A stretch of 64,000 nt of DNA from Octopus sinensis (lineage: Eukaryota). This document shows, one piece after another, positions 53,090-64,000 of the stretch. The notes beneath the pieces are model-generated. The model was given only the letters and a program-made list of their open reading frames with translations. It was not told where the DNA came from and did not search any database. Position 1 is the stretch's first letter. Each line of letters begins with the position of its first letter. A program made the translations under genes and the position numbers. The stretch lies in assembly GCF_006345805.1 (NCBI RefSeq), contig NC_043002.1, positions 23,064,001 through 23,128,000 of the forward strand, in the 5' to 3' direction.

Positions 53090-53241
53090 GAGGTTATGGG
53101 AGGTTATGAGAGGTAATGGTGTCAATAAGACCCAAAGGTGTCAGGTAATGCTGAGTAAGTGCTATGTAAGTGCTATAGTTAAGATCCAGGTTCGGGGATT
53201 ATGCAAATGAGGAGTCCAATGTAGGTCATATATCAGCATGT

Positions 53242-53324
<83 letters not shown>

Positions 53325-53770
53325 AGATCCGGCTGCATATTCATAGCAAGTGAACCTCGGATGTCATAAGCAAAAAATGGTAATGGTAAATATCCAAGCG
53401 AGGTGTATACCGCAGTCTACTCTTCAGGCCAAGGATATGTTGATTAAACAATAGTTTACGTTGTCGCAAGGAAGTACATGTTAACACATGGAAGATTCAA
53501 TCTGAATGTGTAGAGAGCATAGTTGGGGTGGCGAATATAAATGTAGAGAGAAATTAATTATAAAAGAAGGAAAATAGTAAAAAACATAATGGAGTGAGAA
53601 GAATGAGGAATTTAAGCATGGTCATTTGACCGGCAGTATTCAATAGGGCTATTTTGGCCGAACCACAGAATTAGCAAGGGTTGTTGTTAGTATTTTGAGA
53701 ATAGATTTAGTGATCGATGTTTACGAGTAAAAATTATACTGCTGCATTCATTAAGATAATACATAGAATT

Positions 53771-53818
<48 letters not shown>

Positions 53819-54065
53819 GAGAGAGAGAGAGAGGGAGAGAGAGGGAGGTTATGAGAGGTAATGGTGTCAATAAGACCCAAAGGTGTCAGGTAATGCTGAG
53901 TAAGTGCTATGTAAGTGCTATAGTTAAGCTCCAGGTTCGGGGATTATGCAAATGAGGAGTCCAATGTAGGTCATATCAGCATGTATAGTATATATATATA
54001 TTATTATAATATATATATATATATATATAATATATCTATATATATATATAATATATATATATTAT
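52576..54065 (+). repeat. tandem duplication, ~746-bp units
   Basis: Units start at ataagatccgg (52576, 53322) and end in (TA)n. Differences are indel-dominated. Confidence 0.92.
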
Positions 54066-54619
54066 ATACACATCTACTCCCATGAAAATTTCTTCGACAA
54101 CATTAGCTAAAACTTTCTTTGGAAAACGCAAGGAAAGAGCACTTTACATAATCAAAAGCTCCAGCCAAGCATTCTTCGTACCTTTTATATCCTGGTGTTG
54201 GATATATAATTTAACGAAACAGAGGGAAAGAAAGTAGTCACATGACGCACTACTATTACAGTTAAACGAGGTTGAACGCTCACTGCCAACGGCTCACAGT
54301 GAACTGCCTTGTTTCTTTTATTTAGGCAATGGCCTTTATGAAGAGGGGACACCACAAAGACAGACAAAACAATACATTGGGGGTACATAAAAACATATAA
54401 CGAATGAATTATGAATATAAATGAAATGAGAATGAAATGCTTTCCTACCCACCAAAGCAGGTAGTTCTATTTTACTGTTTTTTAAATAAAGTGTGTACTT
54501 ATCAGTCTTGTATCTTGTTAGTTTTCCTTTTGTTTAAAATCAACATAATGTCACACCAAATGTTCCATCAAATCGTCAAATATTACCACTGATGGAAATT
54601 CATCGTAACGAAATCGAAT

Positions 54620-55960
54620 TCCTGTCATCACTATCCTGTCGCCAAATATTTCCCGCAACCTTCCTGCTCTATCATCCTCCAACTACACCGCTTTCTCATC
54701 TCGATTTTCCTCTCTGTCAGCCATTTTAACCCTTATTACACGTTTCCTTTTTGAAATTTTCTTTTCTATCTCTACACTCTTTTTGTAACGAATCATAGTT
54801 TTTTCATATTTCCCCTTCGTGGGCTCTCTCTGCTGTACCTCACCACTCTCTACCTTTGTTGCTGGTATTCCCGTTTCTGTTTGTCCTTCCTTCTCACTTT
54901 CACGTCTCTTTTTCCTCCGTCCTTCTGCCTCCTTACTAGTTGAAGGCAACAGTCCTTGTATTCGTTCCTCACTTGGCTCCTCATTCCGTCTTTTCTTGTT
55001 CTTGTTCTCCTCTGCCTTTCCTTTTCTTCTTCGGGTTTTTAGGTGGAGATTCCACGTTACTCCTCTTTCTTTCTACAACTGTGTATTTTTACACCATTTC
55101 TTCCACCTCCGCAATTGCGCCCTCTTCTTCCTGACGCTCCTTCTACACCTCCTCCTGTTCGTGTTTCTGGGGACACTTTGCTTTCATGTCTCCCCTTACT
55201 CTACATAACATACCGGAGGTCTCCCTTCAACGATTTTTACTCTTGTCTCATCTGGTAGCATCAGCTCTTCCGCAATTTTCTGGAGGTCCGGCAGGCTGAT
55301 ATGGACCGACAACACCAGTTCAAATCCCCATCAGTTCTCTTCCGTCGTTCACGATATCTTCAACACCTGAGAATTCTCCTCTGTGTTATAGAGGATGGCT
55401 GCCACCAGCCACGTCTCATCAATTTCTGGGGGCATACTACCTCTTCTTAATCTGGCCGCACGTTTGCCACAGTAAGATCGGCTGATCTCAAAAGCTCATG
55501 GAGTGCTTCCTCGCTTCTTTTTCGCTTATACCTCCACTATGCTGTATCCCCCCCCCCCCGTGTAAAATGTCGTAATATCCTTTATCTCTCGTAGACATTC
55601 CTCTACTGTTTACTCCTCTGCTACTTCAACTTTTTTCGTTGTCACATTCAACACATTCAACGTCCTATGAATAATTGTCCTTTTTCCGTTTCTTTTTTCA
55701 AGTATTTCTTTGGGGGGGCGTCAACCTCAGGCTGCCCCCTCCTTCTTCAGCAAACCGTTATATTTTTTTATAATTCTTCTCCTTTAATTCGATTTCATGA
55801 ACCTGCAGTACCTCTACAGACAGTCCTTTGCCGGTCACCACAGCGTAACTTCCCGCTGGTTTACTTTCTATGATGGTATTATTCATAACTTCACCCATAA
55901 ATAGGGAAATAAAAATAAAGCCAGTTAACAACAACAATTTCAACAATTCCAGTTAATAAC
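54620..55960 (-). mobile_element. decayed non-LTR ORF1 (gag-like, degenerate zinc knuckle; Tx1/L1-like)
   Basis: MPPEIDETWLVAAIL ... VKIVEGRPPVCY..G(D)MKAKCP followed by an E/K/R-rich tail. Multiple stops. Confidence 0.55.
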
Positions 55961-56329
55961 AGTCCAAGAATTCAGTAAATTAACAATGCAATACAACAAA
56001 ACTCACGTGGAGCGAACACACCTTCAACTCAAACACAACGACATCTCACAGTGAACTGCTTGTCAATGAACTCAACAGTTGTTTAATAGAAATGTGTCCG
56101 TCCACGTTTAGTTACTTGGGATGGTCAGAATCTTTCCACAACAATAATCAAAGTCTATTCGGAAGCAGAAACTGGCTTTTATAACGCTTATCCTTGTTGT
56201 AATAAGTTGGTTATTATAACGGCGTTAAGTCACTTTATGACCAAAATGCAATATACATCGCGCATTATCACGCCCTCAAATACATGTAAACGAATAAAAT
56301 GTTAAGTGTTGCATTTTTTTAAAAGTTCT

Positions 56330-56850
56330 TTATTGCCCACAAGGGGCTAAACATAGAGGGAGCACACAAGGACAAAGGAATTAAGTCGATTACATCAACC
56401 CCAGTGCGTAACTTGTACTTAATTTATCGAACCCGAAAGGATGAAAGGCAAAGTCGACCTCGGCGGAATTTGAACTCAGAACGTAGCAGCAGACGAAATA
56501 CCTATTTCTTTACTACCCACAAGGGGCTAAACACAGGACAAACAAGGACAGACAAACGGATTAAGTCGATCATATCGACCCCAGTGCGTAACTGGTACTT
56601 ATTTAATCGACCCCGAAAGGATGAAAGGCAAAGTCGACCTCGGCGGAATTTGAACTCACAACGTAACGACAGACGATATACCTATTTCTTTACTACCCAC
56701 AAGAGGCTAAACACAGAAAGGACAAACAAGGACAGAGAAACGGATTAAGTCGATTATATCGACCCCAGTGCGTAACTGTGCGTAACGGCAGACGAAATAC
56801 GGCTACGCTTTTCGCCCGGCGTGCTAACGTTTTTGCCAGCTCGCCGCCTA
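56330..56850 (-). mobile_element. SINE B tandem trimer (~180-bp period)
   Basis: Junctions at 56501/56502 and 56681/56682 match the 8387 junction. Confidence 0.88.
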
Positions 56851-56936
56851 TAACCACTCACATTTAGTCATAATGTCCGAACGACTCTTCTTAGAGATTT
56901 TCTACACGTACAAAATATTTCCCAAGAATATCTACT

Positions 56937-56981
<45 letters not shown>

Positions 56982-58605
56982 TGTGTGTGTGATTGTCATA
57001 AAATCCAAAGTTTCAGCTGAGTTTTTTTGGCAGACATCTCTGTATCACATTAATAAAATTGTTTGTCAAAAACTATTCAATTCCATTCACAATTCTTACA
57101 ACCATAAAGGTCAACGCAGATTCAAAAGATGTACTTTAATTATATTGTCCTGCTTTAAATACAATTTATATACATATATAAATGTATATTCAATAGCGAA
57201 TTAAAAGCAGCGCTACTTTTGTAAACGTTATCGACCGCAGATAATCTAAGTGTTTTGTTTGTTTGCCGGTTCGTTGCGGCATAGCGCTTGGGAGATTATG
57301 TGCGGTCGATATTTACAACATTAGCGCTGCTTTTAATTCCTTATTGAATTTAATCTTGTATAATCATCGCCGTGGAATACCAGCGAATAGTTTTTACACT
57401 GTTTATATATCATCACGGACTGGCGATCCGATTTGTCCGAGATTCGATTCAGATACGTGGTATTGATAAGCAACAGAAATGGTGGAATATCGATATCTAC
57501 CACTCCTGAATTCGATCAGAGGCGAGTTGTCTCACCTGTTATGACTTTCAGGTGTTTTAACACCCAGCACTATGCGGGAGTTGAACCCTAAGCGTTATGC
57601 CACAGAACCGGCGAACAAATAAAATACATACATTGAAGATGTGCGGTCGGTAATACTTACATGTGTGTGTGCATATATGTATGTGTGTTTATATGTTTAT
57701 ATGTAAATATATACATATATATTTACATATGTATATATTCATATACATGCATATATCAATTATATATATATAACTCAAGGGTCGGACAGGATGAATACAA
57801 CGAGCGGTAATCCAACCAAAACAACATACGGAAAACTAGATGGGAAACTGGACAGAAACAAGATACGTGGACGATTCACAGCCGATTTCCTCGTCAGTCA
57901 GTGTCCGGAAAGTCATTGCAGTTTCGCGCTTTTTTACCCGCGAGACGGCTCGAATCCGGAAATCGCCAGAGCATTAAGCTAAAACCATTAAGCTTCTGGG
58001 AAAAGCAAACGAATGTATACAAGAAGGAAAACAAAAACAAGAAAGCAAGAATCATACACATACAACAGATGAATGCCTTTCGGCTATACAACAAAGCGAA
58101 AATAATTGTACATTTACAAATAAATTTATAACAGAAAGGGTCCTTTGTCTATTAGACGAACGTGATTAAATAATAATAGAAGGGAAACAGAAAAAGAATT
58201 ATACATATACAATAGACAAACGCCTTTCGGCTATACAACAAAGTGAAAATAATTGTACAATTACAACATAAATAAATAACAGAAAGGATCTTTCGGCTAT
58301 CAGATGAACGTAGTAGGCTGGCGCAAAGGAGAAATGGACAGTCTTAACAGACCGAGCGGGAGTACAGACGAAGGGGAAGAGAGAGGCAGAGAGAGAGAGA
58401 GAAAAAACAAGGAACGAGGACGAAAGGCGAGGAAGGAAAGAGAAGATAAGAGTCGTACATAATATTCAAGGATATACCTCTACCTATCTATCAACAGCGG
58501 GAAGTTTTCTACATGACAAAATACAATGAATAACTTTCCTACGGGTTCGAATATACCTTAAGTATATTTGAACTGGTAACAAGTTTATATATATGTGTGT
58601 GTGTT

Positions 58606-58671
<66 letters not shown>

Positions 58672-59899
58672 GTGTGTAATAGACAATTTAGAAGATCTTT
58701 AGTTTCTCTTCCTTCCTATCTCCTTCTGGCCTAGATGGCCATACGTGAAATCTATATTTTTACACCAAGTTCTTTACTAGTGTCGCACAAGCATTGTCAT
58801 CTTATCAGAAAATTTTCACTCTCCCGTCGAGTTGTACTTCAATATCAACTGATCACTGTCCCGTGACTCGAACCTTTCGAACCGTTTGTGATGCATAAAA
58901 TCAAACCTCAAAATCCAAAATGGTGGTCGCCTGAAAATTGAGAAGAAAAACTATTCCGAGGAATAACTGATGCAGATTCGGCTTTAAATAAATTTTATTC
59001 AACTGTAACAGTTTTATGTATTTTTTGTTTAATTACAATTCATGTCTACTATGCATGATATACCGCTGTGTCTGCGCAGAATGGGCTGTTTGTGTGTGTG
59101 TGCGTTTAGAAAAGACACACACAATACAACCGGGTTGATACATACTGGTGGTTTCCAAATCTCATTTGAAGCAATCATCGTCTTTATTATGACCAAACAG
59201 GGGACCTTAAAATCCAGAAGATGCTATCGTTATCTCTCTCATTGCCTGATAGGAAAACCATCTGGTGTGCTGTTGAAACTTCCGTATGATATGGATACAC
59301 AGATCCCTCTAAGAACAACTGTGAACATGCGTCAACAGAGTTAGGGTGCAGGCATGGCTATGTAGTTAAGAAAGTTAACTTTGCAACCATTTGCTTTTGA
59401 GTTCAATCCCTTTGCGTGGCACCTTCGGCAATTACCTTGTAGTAGTCACGGGCGGGCAGACCAATGCCTTGTGAGTGAATTTGGTAGATGGAAACTGTGA
59501 GTAAGCTTGTCCTAAATATATCTGTATGTGTGTGTGTTGGTGTGTATGTGTGTGTGTGTGTGTACTTGTGTTTGTGTTTGTTCCCACACACTAATTGACA
59601 ACTCTTGTTGGTTTGTTTACGTCCCTGTTACTTAGAGGCTCAGCTAAAGAGACCCGATAGAATTACCAAACTTTTAAGAAATAGGTACTTCGAGCGATCT
59701 TTCGACTAAAACACTTCTAGGCGGTACCCCAGCATGGCCGCAGTCCAGTGATTGAAACAAATAAAAAATAGAGATAAAAGAAAATACACACATACAGACG
59801 GTAGTTTTTAGAGGATTGTGAAAGAGTCATAATCTGAGGAAATATTTAATGCTTGAATGTGTTTGACTCCGTGACACGTCAGTATAGGAATTCATGCAT

Positions 59900-60298
59900 A
59901 GGCGCAGGAGTGGCTGTGTGGTAAGTAGCTTCCTTACCAACCACATGATTCCGGGTTCAGTCCCATTGCATGACACCTTGGGCTAGTATCTTCTACTATA
60001 GCTTCGGGCCGACCAAAGCTTTGTGAGTAGATTTGGTAGACGGAAACTGAAAGAAGCCTGTCGTATATATGTATATGTATATATATGTGTGTGTGTTTGT
60101 GTGTCTGTGTTTGTCACCCAACATCGCTTGACGACCGATGCTGGTGTGTTTACGTACCCTGTAACTTAGCGGTTCGGCAAAAGAGACCGATAGAATAAGT
60201 GCTAGACTTACAAAGAATAAGTCTTGGGGTCGATTTGCTCGACTAAAGGCGGTGCTCCAGCATGGCCACAGTCAAATGACTGAAACAATTAAAAAGAG
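59900..60298 (+). mobile_element. SINE family A, full length
   Basis: Matches 1221-1659. Confidence 0.9.
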
Positions 60299-60414
60299 AA
60301 AAAAAAGAGAAACAGATAATTAAAATGAATAAAACAAATCACAAAATAGCGAAACTACTCGTAAGTCTCAATCAACTCATATTTTTCTTCTTATATATCA
60401 AACTAAAACAAGAA

Positions 60415-60730
60415 AATGGCAGCTGGCACTCCGTCGGTTGCGACGACGTGTATTTCAGCTCATCCGATCAAATTAACGTGCAAGTGGCTGAGCACTCTAC
60501 AGACACGTTTGCGCTTAAACTAGTTCTCAGGGAGATTTGGCGTGACACAGGATATGACAAGGCTGGCCCTTTGAAATACAGGTGCTACTCATTTTTGCCA
60601 GGTGAGTCGACTGGGGCAACGTGAAATAAAGTGTCTTGCTCAAGGACACAACGTGCTGTCGGGAATCGAACTCACGACTTTGAGATCGTCAGCTCAGTCG
60701 AATATTCCTAACCACTAAGCCACACGCCTT
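60415..60730 (-). mobile_element. SINE with family C-type head/core and tail type D
   Basis: The tail ctccgtcggttgcgacgac...caaggctggccctttgaaatacagg also occurs at 19975-20195 and 38480-38670. Confidence 0.8.
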
Positions 60731-62503
60731 CACTCTTCTTTATTACTCTAAACAGAAATGTGTGCTTTAATTTTGGACTATACGAACAACATCATACAAA
60801 GCACAGATACTGTACAGTGAACTATCACTCGCGTGTACGGATGGCGTTACATCATGTACATGCTTTCGATAATTGTTTTCGGTGTTTACGTAGTTGCAAA
60901 CAGACGTAGACCACTTCAGGGCCCCAGAACATCAAGGATGAGAAAGCTAGAAGGAAAGAGGGCAGCAATAGCACTCAGCTAGTATAAATTGCATCAGATT
61001 GAACTGAAACCATTTGAAATACTCAGAAACGCTGTACAATATAGACATGGGCGAATAAAAAATTTATTGAGAACACATATTTACACGGAATAATTAAAAT
61101 ATATAAAACAAATCACAGTAATTACAACTAATTGTAATAAAAAGAAATAAAACATGAACAATGTTTGGGGGGTCCCGTCCACAAACAGAGAAGAAAACAG
61201 CTGGCTAATTCAAATCATAGCACTCTACGCTCCTAGCCGTCTGCCATTACTCGTATTGTTGCCTGATCTACAGAAAGTTACGCCTAAAATATAATTTCAA
61301 TTGTGTGGGGTAGACAACAATCCACATATTTTGGATAAGATAGTTTCAGTTTGCTGTAATGCTTGTATAGCTCTTACAAACGACCTAAGTGTTGCGTGTC
61401 TCTTATATTCTATCACCAACAGCGCCTCATTCATTTATACATCACCGAAATACATATGGCACCACATATGCGTGACATTGTCTATCAGTTATTATGATCT
61501 TCGTTGAATGCCTATATATATATATATATATATATACTCACACACACACACAGAGAAACACACATGAACATATTTAGTAGTATTTATTATTATGTTAAAT
61601 GATCGCAAATTACCACCTATTGTTTATTGGCTATCAATTTGTGTAATCTATTTATAGAGAACATTACGTGTTTGCTTGACAAAGATTACTTAATTTCTAG
61701 ACACGGCAGCTGTCTCTTCAGAATGTCACCTATTTGTTTTATTACTACCGGCGTGTAATATCGACGATGGAAAATTTTAAGTGCAGTAGAAATTTCGTAA
61801 TAGAAATATCTATACGACATGAAAACATTCACAGGACAGAGAAATAAATTTAAACTGACAGGAAGAGTGGTTGATAAGCCAGATTCTGAGAAAATTGTCA
61901 ATCAGAGCTGACTAATGTCTTATATAATCTCAGATTTGACATCAATTATACATGATATTGCCCGCCATGTTTTTTGTACATGCATCACAGTATGAGTGTG
62001 AAGTAACCAAGAGTTGTTAATAACTGCTACGATCACGTGATAAAGTATGGCGAAAGGACTTTATAACATTTTCCCCCAAAACTTGCATTAATGGAACAAA
62101 CTGTCTGCATAAATTGAAAGTTTTAATACAAAACACTGCGAATTATAGTCTGAAGTATATTCAAGTATTAACGTGACAATTCTATTTCACTCAGGAAAGA
62201 ATATTTTGTTTGAAACGACGTGCATGAAATACCCTCTGCAACCGACCAATGGTTTGTCAGCTGTTCTCTGAAAACACTCCCAATATAGAAATGTTGCCTT
62301 CCTTGAAATGAAAGAATTAAATATCACAGTTGAATGTATTGAGGGTAATGTGTTGTTGTGTGTTTTGTAAAATGACGCCCTTCCATGGACATCATGATTC
62401 TTGTTAAAGAAATCAGTCAACGATTCATTGTGAAACATCCAACGTTTTAGAATTCCAGCACGCACACACACAAACGCACACACATACACATACAGACACA
62501 CAC

Positions 62504-62504
<1 letters not shown>

Positions 62505-62582
<78 letters not shown>

Positions 62583-62621
62583 GATAGACAGACAGACAGA
62601 TAGATAGACAGACAGACAGAC

Positions 62622-62720
<99 letters not shown>

Positions 62721-62745
62721 CAGATAGATAGATAGATAGATAGAA

Positions 62746-62795
<50 letters not shown>
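62505..62795. repeat. (GATA)n/(GACA)n microsatellite
   Basis: Read directly. Other (GATA)n tracts lie near 7712, 21828, 33800, 51675 and 63770. Confidence 0.97.
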
Positions 62796-62796
<1 letters not shown>

Positions 62797-62827
62797 CAAA
62801 CATATATGTATATATATATATATATAC

Positions 62828-63474
62828 GCGAGAAAGAAGCAACAAGAATGGATAGGTTTTTAGTACGATCGTTTCATACAAGGACAGGTTTTATAAAAGT
62901 TGCAAAGATTACAGCATATAACGAGTCCCGTACTCATCAGCTAAAATACATGTAAGTTCTCTAGACATCCTAGTGTTTGAGGCTATACTCATGAAGTAAT
63001 GTAGATAATTAAACAGATTCTAAAGTTCATTAAAGTTCTTTAAAGATGATGTACAGCTTATCACAGAATTTTAAAAAAGTTTTGATAGCATCACAGAGAA
63101 GGTGACCTAATCCATATGAATTTCCATAGATATGATGAGGGATTCTGTGAGTATATAATCCCTCATCATATCTATGGAAATTCATATGGATTAGGTCACC
63201 TTCTCTGTGATGCTATCAAACTTTTTTAAAATTCTGTGATAAGATGTACATCATCTTTAAAGAACTTTAATGAACTTTAGAAATCTGTTTAATTATCTAC
63301 ATACTTCATGAGTATAGCCTCAAACACTAGGATGTCTAGAGAAACTTACATGTATTTTAGCTGATGAGTACGGGACTCGTTTATATGCTGTAATCTTTGC
63401 AAATTTAATAAAACCTGTCCTTGTATGAAACGATCGTACTAAAAACCTATCCATTCTTGTTGCTTCTTTCTCGC
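62828..63474. repeat. long fold-back palindrome, ~317-bp arms, 12-nt loop
   Basis: 62828-63144 vs 63157-63474. Differences are mostly 1-nt indels. Confidence 0.95.
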
Positions 63475-63771
63475 TTATAATCACCCCACATTACTGTATT
63501 GTTAATCAGTATAGTTTTTTGGTGCATCTAAGTTAGGTACCATATTCAAGTAAAATTTTTTTAAATTAACTTGAATCTTTATTGCTCTTTATATATATAT
63601 ATATATATATGTATTTATACCTACAAACACACACACACATACAGACACAGATTTTTATTGGCCACGCAGGGCTGAACACAGAAGAGACAAAATACAAAGT
63701 AGAGCTTTTCTTTTGGGAAAGAAGAGAAGGGGGAGAAATGGGTCAGATTCCGATCAAACATACACACACAT

Positions 63772-63871
<100 letters not shown>

Positions 63872-64000
63872 TGATTGACAGATACCAATATATACGACAA
63901 CGTACACATTCAGTAATGCCTATTATTAGGTTAAATAATGGTCTCTCCCGTCGAAGACGACGTGTGACCGTCCAGTTTTTGCCGAATGACCTGCACAAAG

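Noticed and set aside
63880-64000. Possible terminal exon of a neighbouring minus-strand gene (cag|VIRQKLDGHTSSSTGETII*)
   Set aside because: It is cut by the window edge and has no recognisable domain. Another frame resembles a decayed CR1 end (GHSAK), followed by a (TATC)n tail.

Overview
This is eukaryotic, AT-rich, microsatellite-dense genomic DNA. The repeat landscape (tRNA-derived SINEs with CORE/Meta-like bodies, R4-, CR1-, Tx1- and Penelope-like fragments, Helitrons, mariner) looks like an octopus or other coleoid cephalopod; that assignment is inference. One protein-coding gene is well supported: a + strand, multi-exon alpha-carbonic anhydrase spread over about 37 kb. Seven exons were read by hand and join in frame with GT-AG junctions: 13947-13973, 20607-20771, 25281-25432, 34932-35024, 43080-43146, 47135-47289 and 49782-50006. 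All zinc ligands and catalytic residues are intact, the extracellular-type disulfide is present, and the C-terminus looks like a GPI-anchor signal. The signal-peptide exon is uncertain, with two candidates at 12.66-13.07 kb. The rest of the window is transposon relics, SINEs, MITEs and simple repeats, plus a short 18S rRNA 5' fragment. There are several long fold-back palindromes and tandem duplications; some differ between copies mainly by 1-nt indels and may be assembly or long-read artefacts. I found no CRISPR array, prokaryotic system or clearly new gene system. The most interesting leads are the CA gene's splicing architecture, the (TA)n-anchored fold-backs, the rDNA fragment, the chimeric mariner and the Merlin-like MITEs.
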